Source: Moniliella sp. 'wahieum' (lineage: Eukaryota). From it: a stretch of DNA of 64,000 nt. The translations under genes and the position numbers were made by a program. The stretch spans positions 186,001-250,000 of the forward strand of contig RSEE01000031.1 in NCBI GenBank assembly GCA_003971905.1, in the 5' to 3' direction. Shown here in pieces: positions 49,655 to 63,143 of the stretch. The notes below the pieces were generated by a model. It was given only the letters and a program-made list of their open reading frames with translations. It was not told the origin of the DNA and searched no databases. Position 1 is the stretch's first letter. Each line of letters opens with the position of its first letter.

Positions 49655-50285
49655 ACGAGCGGGTGTGCTGGAAGCGACGCTGGTACTCGTTGCGCCCGGC
49701 ATCGGTTTGTAAACTAGTGCCTTTTGTTCCGTTTGGTATGGACGTTTATTGCTATCGAGTCCATTTGATCATGTGTGGGGTAGATGTGCGGTGGGTGTGC
49801 TGGGCAACGCGGGCGCAGCGGAGGCGTGGGTTAGCGTGTGGGAACAGACCAGGAGAGGCTAGGAAACATTGAACGTTCAGGTGATGCGCGCCCCAACGGC
49901 CGGCTGTGTCACGTGTTGCGGTGGGTACATCACAGCGTGATCACCGCCGGGGGGGGAGCAGGGGCAGTGTCGGGGGCGTGGGTGGGTCTCCGCGCAGGCG
50001 GCCGGTGGCAGGTGGCCGGCGACGCAGTCGGTGGGCCGCATGGCGGTGGGCGCCATGGCCATCGCCACGCTCCCACCACCCCGCACGCTCGCCGCCGCCA
50101 CCACCACCGCCACCACCAGCGCCCGTATCGCGCGCGCCCGCCCCCGCCCGCCCGCCGCTGTGCTCCCTGCGTTGCATGCGCTGTGCATAGCACACACCCT
50201 GCTGCCGCCCCTTGCCGCCCCCCTCGCCCCCCGGCTGGCGCTGACCCTCAGCGCTGAGCGTGAGCGCCGCGTCTCCCCTCGCACC

Positions 50286-53200
50286 ATGCGCTCCTTCTTT
50301 GAGGGCCGGCGCAAGAAGCACGATGCTGACCGCCCCATATCGCCCTCACCCACCTCCACGTCTCCGGCGTCGCGCCTTGGCCAGGTGTGTCGATGTCTCC
50401 TCTGCATGCCCCCCCCCCCCTCCCCCCCAACTTGATTTCTAACCTTCTCTGCCCCCCCAAGGCCGCCGATGACTTTGGTCTTCCCCCCTCGGTCGCTTCG
50501 TCGATGACAACCATGTCTCTGCTGCATCTGGGCAGAGCCCCACCAGTCCCCACCACCACCACCCTCCTCGATCCCACCGCCCTCCACATAGCCCCTACTA
50601 CGACAAGCATCACTACCACCACCACCGCCACCCCGATCCCAACTCCCACAGCAGCCGCGCCCAAAGCCCTTCCTTTCCATCGGTCCAATCGGGTCTGAGT
50701 GACTTTGGCAACTCCTCAAGCAAGTCTCATTCGAGTCATGCCTCCTCGGCTCAATCTGGTCGTTCAGTAGGCTCCCATCACCCCTCCTTTGGCTTCGGTC
50801 CGACGTCCGCCAAAGAACGCACGGTGGCCGCCATGGCCGCTGCTGCCGTTGCCGCTGCGGGAGGGAGTGGCCCGGGCAGCCCAATCCACACCGTCCTCCC
50901 CCCAGGTTTTGGGGGTGCTGGTGCTGGTAGCCACAGCGCCCCGCATGGCGAGTTTTCCTTCCCTCGCCCCAGCGACGCCGAAGTGGAGCGTATGTTTGCC
51001 GACTTGATCCAGAAACGCGACTTTCAGAGTCTACCGGGTGGCGCTCCATCGGACGAATCGCGGGGCGGACAAGGTACCCAGACCCTAATGAGCTTCAGTA
51101 TGGATAAGAAGTGGATGTTGGTGTACAACGACCGCTTGACCGAGTGGCATGCGGCCCGCGAGCGTGAGCGCAATCGTGGCCAAGCCCTGGCTCAAGGTGG
51201 CAACGCGACCATTGCACGCAACTCTCCCGAATGGTTCATAAAACGCATCGTCGATGGCACTGTCAATGGTACGGACATCGGCGCGTTGGCAGTGACGCTT
51301 CGTACGTGCGCAATCGGGTGGATCGATCACTTTGTCGAGGCCAAGGGCACACCCGTTCTCACCTCATTCCTTCACAACATCCATGCTAAGACCCCCAAGT
51401 CGGAGGAGGACTATGCACTCGAGTACGAGGTCATGAAAGCCTTTCGCGCCCTCTTTAATTCCAAGCCTGGCGCCAACGACGCTCTGGGCAACCCGCGCTG
51501 TGTTGTCGAAATCGTTTTCTCTCTCGTGAGCCCCCAGTTGAGCACGCGCCGCCAGGCCGCCGACATTCTGCTCTTCCTTTGCCATTGGGCTAAGCCTACC
51601 GGGCATCGCCTTGTTTTGCAAGGCGTGGATGCGCTGCAGCAAAAGCAAGCAGCCCTTGGCCGCTTTGACGTTTGGTTCCGCGCTTTTGAGCTCACCATCG
51701 ATGGCCGGGGAAAAATGGGCTCCATGGTTGGCGCTAGTGAGGAGATCAAGAAGATGAGTGTGGCAAGTCGACCAGGTCGAGGACCTGGCGTCGCCACTGC
51801 TCCCACACCCGATTCCAACCTCAACGAGTATGCTCTGAACAACATGTTCCTCATCAACACGCTTCTTTCCAGTGACATTGTGATCGACCTTCATGAACGA
51901 GTTCATCTACGCACCCAGATGGACTCGTCGGGTCTGAGGCGGATCCTGGAAAAGCTGCGTGCGTTCAAGTCGCAAGAAGTGGACCACCAGATCGAGATCT
52001 TTGACCGCTGCGCTCACAATGATGCTGACGAGCTGGCCGAACACATGAATTCGGCCGCCATGGCCGACTTGACTGACCCACAAGATGTTTTCAATGCGGT
52101 GCTTGAACGCGTTCGCGGCACTCGGGCACAAGACTTTTTTGTGTCGGCTCTCAAACACCTGTTGCTCATCCAACAGGACTCAGGATATGGTGCACTACTA
52201 CCAACTCATTGATGCCTTGGTCGCTGCAGTCGTGCTTGACCGTAAAGGTGTGGTAGCCGGGCATGACATGAGTGCCTTGCTGGGAATTGGGGTAACCCGT
52301 GTCCTGTCTCGTTTTGCCGATCAAGACAAGATGGACGCTGCCGAAGCCGAGTTGCAGCGCATGAGATCCAAGTTGGCTGACGCTGAGCAAGCCCGTTCTC
52401 ATGCCGAGGAGCAACTGCTGCAAGGGTCTGGTGGAGTAATCCGGTCCCTGGAGTTGCAAGCCTCCGAGTTGGAGATGGACTTGGCTACTGCGCGCGAGAA
52501 TGCTGAAGCAGCCCGGGGTGAGATGCGGGATATGGAACGCACCCACTTGGAGCGGGCCTACCAGCTAGAGATCCAGAACCGTGAGCTCTACATGATGCTC
52601 CGCCAGGCCAACATCGACCCTACCTCTCTCCCCGCGGGAGACCAGGATGGGCCCAAGGTGGACCGCCAAGCGCTCGTTTCCGAACTCGAAAGGACGCTGG
52701 AGCGATCAACTGCTATTGCTCGGATCGAGACGAGCTCTACCGTGCACCGCCCTCCCAGATCCCGATCCAATGCTCGTATAGTCAGTGATTCGGCTGTTAA
52801 TGATCAAGAACCTGACCCGTCGCACCCCACCTTTGAGATCGACCGATTGCGGATTCAGGCCAAGTTGGCTCAGCGCATGATGGACTCGGAGGAATTGCAA
52901 CGGTCTATGGTCAAGACCATTGAGGACCGTCGGTCCCGGAGGAAACATTCTGAGCGGGACCACCTCCCACCACCGGCTGGGGCGAGCCCCGAGGTAGAAG
53001 CTGCTTCTCCACCGCCACCGCCACACCACCTCCGCCTCCGCCACCACCTCCAGCCCCACCAGGACCTGATCATGTTGTAGGGGAAGCAGCGCCGCCACCC
53101 CTCCGCCTCCGCCCCGCCCCACCCCCCCCCTCCTCCCCTCAGGCTTCTAATCCTGGCTTTTTGGACGAGATTCGCAAACATCGTCCTCAGGATAGCGATG

Positions 53201-55552
53201 CTATGTCTGCTCTTGTTCCCCCCGGAGAGGCACCCGCTGCTCCTGCTCCACCACCACCACCGGCTGCTCCCGCACCTCCGGCGCCCCCGGCCCCACCTCC
53301 ACTTCCTGGCTCCCAACCCTTGACGGACACTCCTGTGTCGGCTGCCATCATGGCCAATTTGCGCAACAGGAAGCCCGTGTCCGAGATGGCATCCCAACGG
53401 ATGAAGCAGCTGATGTGGGAGAAAGTGCCGCCCAATGTTGCGTCCGAGACGGTGTGGAGTGAGCCGGCGATGGATGAGAGCCAGTTGGCGGCAGTGTTGC
53501 GGGCACGGAGCAAATTTAACGAGATGGAGGATGACTTTAAAGTCAAACAGATTTCCCGCAAAGTGGTGGACGCCTCGGCTCGAGCCAAAGCACAAGAGCG
53601 CAAGACTTTCCTTCCACTTCGCACACGGCAAAGGATGGAGATGGTACTACATCGGGTGAAGGGGGCTGATCCTAAAGCCAAGCATGCCACACCCCAAGAA
53701 GTTGCCCAGGGCATCGCCGATTGCTCCCCTTCGATTATGGATCCCTCGCTCTTGGCCGAACTCTTATCCAACTACCCCGAAAGCGAGGTGAAGGGGGAGT
53801 TGGGTGCCTACCGCAATGCGCCTCCGGAAGAATTGGCTACACTTCACCCTGCCGATCAGCTGGTGGTGCTGCTGATGACGGTACCGTTCCTCAAGGCCAA
53901 GGTGCAGGGCTTACTGTTTAAGGCCAAATTCTGGGAATCCTTTGATTCTGCCCAGGATGGCTGTCAGCACGTGCGCCAAGCTTCTATCAGTCTCATGGGC
54001 GCCGACCACTTCAAGCGCCTGTTGAACATTATCCTCATGTTTGGGAATTACCTCAACGGAACGGGTCCCCAAGGTGGCGCCTTTGGCTTCAAAATCTCAT
54101 CGATCAACAAGCTTGTCGAACCAAGGCGAAGGATGGAACGACGTTGCTACACTTCCTCCAGCGCACGGTCCACTCACTGTTTCCAGAGACGGAGCTGTTC
54201 TTGGAAGAGCTTGAGGCGCCTGCCGCTGCCTGCCGAGGTACGTCTTCCTCCTCAACTCTGTAGTAGTGTGCCAGTACACGTTTGATGTGATACTAACTTG
54301 GGTGGACCAGTGCAATTGGTTGACGTGCGCAAGGAGCTCGCAACCTTGCGTTCCGATTTGGCTCTCCGTCGCAAAGAGTTGAAGGACTTTATGGACAAGG
54401 AAGAGGAGAATCTGCAAGACCCATACACCCAGCTTATGCTTCCCTTCTTCCGTGATGCCGAGACCCAAGTGAGCCGGCAATGGGATCAGTTGCAACAAAC
54501 CGAGCGGATGTACTCTGACACAATCAAGTTCTTTGGTGAAGGGCCGACTCGGCCTGGCGCAACAGCCCAAATGGCAAGCGAAGACTTTTTCGGTATTTTC
54601 CGCGAGTTTGTCATCGCCTACCGTAAATGCCAACGCGAGAACGAAAAGAAGGACGATGAACGTCGTTTGCAGCAGCGCCTGCAGGACGCCAAAGAAGAGC
54701 GCGCCCGCGAATTGGCCGAGGCCCAAGTCGGAGAGAAGCTGGGGTGGACGACGAACACGTGTTGGAAGACCTGATTCGGTCCTTGCACCAGAGCTCCATC
54801 CTTTCCACCCGCCGCACTCGGGGCGGGGTCAGCGCGGCGCCTCCAACGGCTCCTCTTCTGCCCCGCAGAATATCTCGGGAGATACGGAAAATGTGGCGGC
54901 ACAAATGCTTGCCGAGCTCAACCCTGACGTACCCAAAGGTGCGTCCAACTTTGCCCGTGCCCGACGCCGTCCGCGCCACCCTTCGAACCACGCTACCAGC
55001 GGGCGTGCGCCCCATGTTTCTGCGCCGGGGGACGTGGAGGACCTGCGTTCTGAAACGGCCAGCCCCTTGGGGCGGCGAGACAGTATCTCCAGCGTCAGTA
55101 CATCCGACACGTGCTTGACCCCCACTCTCGACGTGCCTCTTTCTCCGCCTGGACGTCCCGAACGGAATCACGAACGTCAACGGTCTCTCGGATCCCAATC
55201 GGCGCGTCCGCTGCGCGCCCAAGGCTCCTTGTCTCAACTTATGCTGGCCGGACTGGATCCCACCTCCCCCTCACCTGGGAGCGGGCGGCAAGTGGCCAGC
55301 TCGCCTCTGATGGCAGGAAGTGAGGTGGACCCGGACATGGCGTTTGATGGTACTGTGGATGATCATGAGGAGGAATTGGATGAAGGGGACAAGACCATTG
55401 CCCCACCTCCCTTGCGGTCTGCGCCGGTGCAGGACCCCCACCGCACTCCTTCTCCCGCCACCGAGGTCGATGCCGCTCCGCTTGCAGCCTCGGCGCCGGC
55501 CGAGACGAGCTTTGAGTGGTTCGATCCGGACCGCTCTGGGTTTTCCGCATAA
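50286..55552 (+). CDS. Diaphanous-related formin (SepA/Bni1-like; GBD-FH3, FH1, FH2)
   Basis: GBD/FH3 (KKWMLV, NSPEWFI, LRTCAIGWIDHFV, DGRGKMGSMVGAS), poly-Pro FH1, and FH2 (MKQLMWEKV, GNYLNGT...GGAFGFKISSINKL, FFGIFREF). Introns about 50385..50461 and 54238..54310. Frameshifts. Confidence 0.93.
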
Positions 55553-56271
55553 CGTTTGCGCCTCCCCCCTCCCTCTTCTTCCCTTGAACCGCGAGGGCTC
55601 TCCGACGCGTCGGGTCGATGATCGCCGAGCCTATTTACATATACCACCTGTGCTGGGCCTGCCTCGCCTCGCCTCACCTCTTTTCCCTGGCCTGCAGCCT
55701 CTGGCCCTGCCCGCTCTCCTCGACCCTCTCCGTCTCGCCCTTTTGAATTTGTTTGTTTGTTTTGCTCGGGGCGGGGGGGCGGTGCGGATGCATTGATCGT
55801 GGGGGCATGGTACTGATGGTATACCCACCCGCGTCTGTCTGCCGGGCGCCGACGTAGCGAGTAGGCCAGGTAGGCCCAGTCGGCGGGATGAGAGTGCTGT
55901 GGTGCTGTGTGCGGGGCAGGGCGCGGCAGGACATACAATGGGGCTATCACACGAGCTGTACATCACATGTCACATGCAGCGTCGCATGCATCGCATGCCA
56001 CATGTCACACCAACCACTCTAACAGCAACAGCAGCGCACAGCAGCCACAGCCGGGCGGAGATGCGGCGAGCGGCACCTGTAGCTGCCTTATAGCGGCCTG
56101 AGCAGTGCCTGAGCCCTGCGCCCAGCAGCCTAACAGCGCTGCCGAGGACAGCCATGTCACCATGCCACCTGTCACCCGCACACACGTCCCCCGCCAGCAT
56201 CCAGCAACACGCCCAGCTGACGCGTCTCTTCGCCACCACCGCCTCTGCCTTGCATCGCCTCCATCCCTCGC

Positions 56272-57962
56272 CATGCACCCCCCCACCCAGCCGCCCCCGC
56301 GGCCCACCGCCCCCGCCGCCGCGCCGCCGCCGCCTGCCCCCCCACCTGCGCACCAACGAAGCCACCTCCAAGGGCCATCTCGTCTACTCCTCCGTCCAGC
56401 AGGTCCTCGCTGGCCGCAACCAGCTGTGTAGTGCATCCATCCCATCCCAGCAAGTGTCCCCCGTATTGACCCCTTTTCCTCCCCAGCGAATACCAGCTCA
56501 TCATCCGCGAGCAGCCACGCCAGGCCCGCATGAGTGGCATTACGGCCAAAGGTTTGTTCTTCCCCCTCTCCCTGCCTCCTCTCGCACTGGACCACTAACC
56601 CCCCCCCCCCCCTCTCTCTCCTTGCTCCCAGGCGAGCGCCGCCCCATTGACCCAGCTCCCATCGTCCAGTTGCGGGTCATTGCGCACGACCACCCCGTTA
56701 GCGACCTTATCGCTCCTCCTGGAGCCTCGGCCCCAGCGCCCATCTCGGTCCAGGACCTTATCGACCGGGGTGTACGATGCCAGACCCCCTCGGTATGGGA
56801 TGGGAGGACAAGGCGTGGTACCTGCACAATACGTCCTATTTTCTATATGCCATGCTTGCCGAGTGTGACAGCCCTCGCGAGTTGCATCATGTGGCCGATG
56901 GCAAGCGGGACTGTACAACTGGCAGCCGTGTTTCGGGGCTTCATCATCTCAAGGACCTCGACAATTCCGATCAAGCCTTCTTTGTGTTCCCTGACCTTTC
57001 TGTCCGCATGAAAGGGCGATACCGTCTCAAGCTCATCTTGTACGAGACGGTGGGGAAGCACGTGTACTTTTGCGCCACCAATTATACCGAACCGTTCGAT
57101 GTCTATCCTTCCAAACGCTTCCCTGGCATGACCCTTTCCTCTGAACTTTCGCGTTGCTTTGCTCGCCAGGGGTTGAAAATTCCCATCCGTAAAAAGTCTC
57201 CTCGGGCCAACACCAAGCGCGCTCGGCAAGTACGAGATGAGCCTGAAGAAGACGAAGAAGAAGAAGAAGGGGCTGAGGCGGGGCCAAGCAAACGGACCCG
57301 ACCCGACCATCCGCCCGCTCCTGTACCTCTCGAGTCGCCCCCTGCTCCTGGTCTGTGGAACATGTGCGAGTATGGCCCACCCAAGCCGGCGCCCCTTCCT
57401 TACCTCGTTTCACCTACCCGCCACATTCTGCAACGCCTGATCCCATTTCCAGTTTACCCGGTCCGGGTTACCCCCGGCCATCCGCTTCGTCGTTCGAATA
57501 CCCTGCGCTCCTCTATGACAACCTTCCGCCTTCGGCTGGTGACTTGGAGTCCCGAAATTCTTTTTCCCACCCATTCCCCTCTGGTGCACGCGACCCAGCC
57601 GCATGGGGGGGTGTATCTGGTGGGGTGGGTGGAGAATTATGGGGAGGCACTCGATGGTGCTTTTTGCATCTCTTCCTTATGGGCCCGCTTCCACCGATTT
57701 GGACCCATCAAGAGGGTCTTCCTGGCTCCTCTTTCCCCCAGGTGCATCCGGCGGTTCGTCTTTGTTAAGCCCTGACGACCAACTGAGGGGTGCTGACCCA
57801 GGACGTTCCACCTTTTGGGACCGGACGTTATCCCAAGCGGAACAAGCAAGGTTACCGCCCTCGTCGTTGTACGAGTATGACTTGTCCCAGCCCTTCCCAC
57901 CCGCTAACAGTCACTTGGACCAGTGGGACACTGTTGGGTCGAACCCAGCAAGACGATGGTAA
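56272..57962 (+). CDS. Velvet-domain regulator
   Basis: After splicing (second intron about 56552..56631): YQLIIREQPRQARMSG...GERRPIDPAPIVQL. Also FFVFPDLSVRMKGRYRLKL and YPSKRFPGMTLSSELSRCFARQGLKIPIRK. Start uncertain (56154-56272). Confidence 0.9.
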
Positions 57963-58250
57963 CAGTATTTCATCGTACGATCTCCCTGACCTTCGCGAGC
58001 GATAAGGGCGGGATGAATTCCGTCGGGCTGGGAAACCCAGTTTTGGGTGAGCCGGTTCCCTCGGGGGGTTCGCTCCTTTTTTTGTTCGGGTTGGGTTGGA
58101 ACGAGGCAGTGACGACCTCTTCTTCCAACCACGCATTTTGTCACCACATGCATGTGCTAGTCTTCATCCTCTCCCATTTTGACGGTGTCATGTGGGACGC
58201 TGTCGCTAGATCGGCAAGAACACCCCACATGAGCCCATCCTGGGGGATTA

Positions 58251-58292
58251 CCTGCACCCACCTGCACCCACCTGCACTCACCTGCGCTCACC
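58251..58292 (+). repeat. 10-bp tandem repeat CCTGCACCCA x4 (degenerate)
   Basis: cctgcaccca cctgcaccca cctgcactca cctgcgctca. Confidence 0.85.
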
Positions 58293-59291
58293 ACATCTCA
58301 TCTCACACTCGCTCTGTCGGCGGCCTCTCATACCATCTCTCTCCCCCTCCTTCGCCATTCGCATGAGCTGGTTCCCAACACTCTGAGTTCTCGATGGGTT
58401 ACCTGTGCCTTTTATTTTGTAGTTTCGCTTCACCATCTCCCCTATGTCGTTGGTTGGTCCTGTTTATTGTCCTGTGCCCACACTTGAGTGTGGGAGCCTC
58501 CTCTTTCCCCCCCTTTTTGTCTAGTGTCACGACCATGTCGATGCCCGTGACCACCCTCTCTATTGGACGAGACAAAACGGATCGGTTTCCGGGCTGAACC
58601 TGTTCTTTCCACTTGGTTCATCCCCGGGCCCGTCCGGTCTCCCCCACTCCCTCCGATCAACGACAGAGACGAATCTGGGCTATAGTACAGTACGAGTCCA
58701 ACGACGGTCCGACGGGGCCGGACTAGACTAAAAGAGTGTGTATTCTTTGGCGCCAACCGTGGTGGGCAGAGACAATGGGTTTGATAGACACATACAGACT
58801 CACATGAGACGTATCGTCGTTGTGTGGCATACCATGTCGAGCAGAGGTGGGCATGCAGGAGGATGATGGCGCTCGGGAGATCCGCGCCTTGAGAGTTAAG
58901 AGGGGATGTGGATGATCGATGACGAGCGATGAGCACGATGATCCCAGGGCTCAGACCGACCGGCCAATTTGGAAGGGCGATGTAGTTGCAGTCGTTGGCA
59001 AAGTGCGAGAGGACCAAGCGGACCTTGTTGGCCAGAAGGCAGCGGTTGGTGCAGTGTGGGTGCTTGCGACGACTTGGAACTGTGAAAAAAGCGGGATGTC
59101 GCGGCATATCGCCGGGGACATCACATGTGATATCACATGGGGTATGCACCCAGCGCGTGAGCCCGAGGCGGCGGAATTAGAATCTGCATTCCTCCCCCCT
59201 CTTCGGTGCCCCCAGCGTGTCGAATTGAATATTGCATTGGCCGCTCAAATTGAGTGCAGCCTGAGCAACCTCTTTCTGTGCCGCCATCGTC

Positions 59292-60932
59292 ATGTCTGGC
59301 CTTTCGGCGCGTCTACCGGCGCCACGCTACAACCCGCCCTGCCCGATGAGCCGGGCAGCTCCTCCAGTACACCCAGCACATCTACGCACTCACTCGCCCC
59401 GCCTCTTCGTCCGTCGGCGCATTGGTGCACAGTTCTGCTCGCACTCTGCCCGCCAAGGGCAACGCCTCCCGGTTCCCATTGGCGCCGATGGCAAGGTGCA
59501 GTACGATGCGGTTGTCAGCAAGGGCTTAGGCCTGGACAGGAGATGCAGACGTCGCGGATGGACGTTGTGCCATTGCGTATGCGCCCTGGAGCTCGCCCTG
59601 GTGGACCGATGGAGCGACCGTCGGCCGAGGAAGTGCAGGCGACCGCGGACCGGACCCGGGCGGCGTTGGAAAAGATCACGCAGAGTAAGGTCAAAGGATC
59701 TCAACCCAAGACAGTCGCCAAGCCTTCTTCTGGACCGCAGTTCATCCGCTACACCCCGGCCAACCAGCGCGGCGGGTGGGTACCCAGCGGATCATCCAGA
59801 TGACCGAAGTGGCCGAAGACCCACTTGAGCCCTCGCGCAAGAAGCAAGTCAAGACGCCTGCTCGACCTCCTTCTCCCCCCCCTCCCGTTCTCCGTTCTCC
59901 CCCGCGCAAGGCAACCGCCGCCGAGCTTAAGGAGTGGGACATCCCCCCCGTCATTTCCAACTGGAAGAACAACCGTGGATTTACCATTCCGCTCGACAAG
60001 CGTCTTGCCGCTGATGGTCGTGGGCTGCAGGACGTCACCGTATCCGACGACTTTGCCCACTTTTCCGAGGCGCTCAATGCGGCGGATCATCTGGCGCGGG
60101 AGGAAGTGCGACAGCGGGCAGCGATGCAGGCCAAGTTGGCTGCTAAGGAGAAGGCTGCCAAGGAGGACCACTTGCGCGCGCTAGCCCAAAAGGCGCGGGA
60201 GGGACGTGCACTCGCAGCGGACTCGGATACGCGCCGGATCGATGGCCGGCCGGATGCGATGGGTGTGTTGGCTGGGTATGGGTCGGAATCTGGATCGGAA
60301 TCGGGTTCGGGCTCGGGTTCGGAGGAGGAGTCGGAGGATTCGGAGGCAGCGGAGCGGGATCGGGTGCGCAGCGAACGTCGGAGGGAAAAGGAACGAGAGA
60401 TGCGTTTGTCCAAGATGGGCAGCGAGCAACGTGCTCGTGATGGCCAAGGAGCAGAACCGCGATATTTCCGAGAAAATTGCTTTGGGCATGGCCAAGCCCT
60501 CGACGCAAGGCGGGTTGGACGAGCGATTGTTCAACCGCGACTCGCTCAAGGCGTCCTGGGGGGACGACGACAGCTATGCGCTGTACGACCAGCCGCTGCT
60601 GCAAGGCTCGTCGGCGGCACGGGCCATCTACTCGCGCCCGGCGCAGGGTGCCAGTGCGTCCGAGTCGTACGGCGGCGGAACGGTGGAGGGCATCTCGGAC
60701 GAGCTGACGCACGACCGGTTCGGGCTGGGTGCGAGCAAGTTCCAAGGCGCGTCGGAAGCGGGCGGCGAGGGCGGGCGCGAGGCTGGACCTGTGGTGTTTG
60801 AGAAGGACTCGGATCCGTTTGCCATTGGCCAGTTCCTGGACGATGCCAAGCGGGGGACGAAGCGTGGCGGGGGCGGCGGCGAGAGGAGAGGGCGAGGGGG
60901 CGGCGGCGAAGCGGGCGCGTGCGGACGAGTGA
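59292..60932 (+). CDS. PRP45: Pre-mRNA splicing factor Prp45/SKIP (SNW domain)
   Basis: FIRYTPA, QRIIQMTEVAEDPLEP, SPPPPVLRSPPRK, WDIPPVISNWKNNRGFTIPLDKRLAADGRGLQDV, RDISEKIALG and GPVVFEKD. Frameshifts. Confidence 0.95.
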
Positions 60933-61332
60933 ATGCCGAGGGGCCAGCAGGGCCAGAGGAGACACGGCGGATGCGCGCCGCGCTGAATGGAACAGGCACT
61001 GTCCAGGACTGGCTAAAAAGTGGAGGGTAGATGGCGCAGCAGTGCATGTGTGATGTGATGTACGTGTGACATGTGATGGCTGTCTGCAGCATGCAAGGGG
61101 TGGGCGGGTGGTGGCTGACGTAAGACAGGAGATTGTTCTGGCAGGCTCCGCACGGGAGAACCCTAGCGGCCGGGGGGGACACTGGCGCGGTGTGGGTGCG
61201 GCATGCGCTGAGTGCCCGAGGCAAGCGCAGGCGGACGCTGGCGGGTGGTCGTAATAGCAGCGTCTGCCGGCCGCCTCTCTCTCCCTCCCGCTCCCGCTCC
61301 CGCACCCACGGCCGCCCCTCTGCTCCGCGTGC

Positions 61333-63112
61333 ATGCCGCCCACCCACGCGAGCACCGCCGCGTCCTCCGCGGCCCCGCTCCCGTCCCCGCTCCCGTCCCC
61401 GCCGCTCCCCCCGCCGCCCCCCCCCGCCGCCGCGCCCCCCACCCTGCCCTTCACCGCCGCCGACATGGCCGCCGCCCTCGACCCCAACGGCGTCCCCGAC
61501 GGCGACTACTGGATGAGCCTTCCGCCCCACCTCCGCTCCCTCATCCGCGATGCCCTCCCCCTTGCCTTCCCCTCCGACGCCACGCCCGCCTCTGCCGCCG
61601 CCGCCAACGGCACCCCCGCCCCCACGTCCCCTGCCCTGCTTCCTCCCGCTGCTGCCGCTGCCGGCGCCAGCGCTGGCCCGGGCGCCGGCACTGCTGGCGC
61701 TCGCGTGGACCTGATGGGCATGGCCAAGTTCGATTTGCAAAAGTCATTCGCGTCCCATCCGCTTCTGACTGTTGCCCGTCAGCTGGCCGAGGCCGCCCAT
61801 GCGTCCCAACTCGCCTTCTCTCAAGGAACCGATTCGCGCTCCAATCCCCCCGCCGCTCCCGTCCGAAGACCCTGTTGCACTGACCAGCTCCATCCCCCTC
61901 GCTAATGGCTCGGCCTACCCCGACCCCAGTGGATCCCAACCCCCCCCGTGGCAGCCTTGGCCAAAGGTCTTGCTGCGCCTGACGCTGCGGATCTGGATTC
62001 GTACATGGGCCTCATGGACGAACACGGGCCTTTGGTTCAAGCTTCTGGAACCGATGGGACAAAGCCGGACGCCGGGTGTTGTATGGATCTTCATGCTGGT
62101 TTGGGTGACGACGCAGCGACCGTGGCGCCACCCGCCTCGGGGAAAAACAAGAAGAAGAAAAAGAAGAAAAAGCAGGCAAATAAGGCGGTCGACGCCTCGA
62201 CGCCTGTCTCGTCTGCACCTTCCCTCCCCGTTCCCACCCCCCCCCCACACCTGCCCTGGCCACAATCCCTACTTCGGCACCTGCGCCTACGCCTGAACCA
62301 GCCCCTCCAGATTCCGCCCTGCCTGCTGCTGCCCAGCATGCGCCCTCTGATCCCTCGGTTAGTGTACCTCATTCCACCACTGTGGACTCGGCCGCCACTA
62401 GCACTGCCAACACGGCGCCTCCTTCGTCCCGCGCAGCAGGAAAGCAGCCGATGATTAGCAACGGCAAGGCCCCCGCCAGCGCCAAGACTTCAGGCGCGAG
62501 ACATTCGGTTGTTCCTGCGGCCGGCAGTACTCCCGCTTCCCGGACATCGGGAGCAAAGGAATCGCCTGCGCCAACACCGCGCCAGTGACGCCGATCGTAC
62601 AGCAAACACTGCTAACGTGAGTGCCAGTAATCGTCTTTGGGCCACCAACAACTTGGCCGAGAGACAAAAGATTAGCCAATTTTGGCTTGGCCTCAAGGAA
62701 GATGAACGGCGGGACTTGGTCATGATTGAAAAAGACGCAGTCCTCAAGAAGATCAAGGAGCAACAAAAACATCTTTGCACCTGTGGCGTCTGCGGGAGGA
62801 AACGATCTTCGATCGAGGAGGAGCTGGATTTGTTGTATCAGGCATACTACAATGAGCTTGAGGCGTACACCATCCAGCAACTCGAGCAAGGCGGCCAAGG
62901 CATCTATGCGGTTGACTCAGGGCCCTTTCCCGGCTCGGTCCAGTTGGACGCCAATGGCGTGGTTGGGCCTGACCCACTACATCCCTCGCCTCAACAGAAC
63001 AAGAAACCCCGTCGACTGATGGAAGAATCTGAGGACGAAGACGAGTTCGACGAAGATGAATATGACGATGACGAGTTTGACGATGACGAGTTTGACGACG
63101 ACGAAGAAGAAG

Positions 63113-63143
<31 letters not shown>

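Noticed and set aside
58442..59149. 235-aa minus-strand ORF between velvet and PRP45
   Set aside because: Non-ATG or uncertain start, no recognisable motif, and it overlaps the PRP45 promoter motif cluster.
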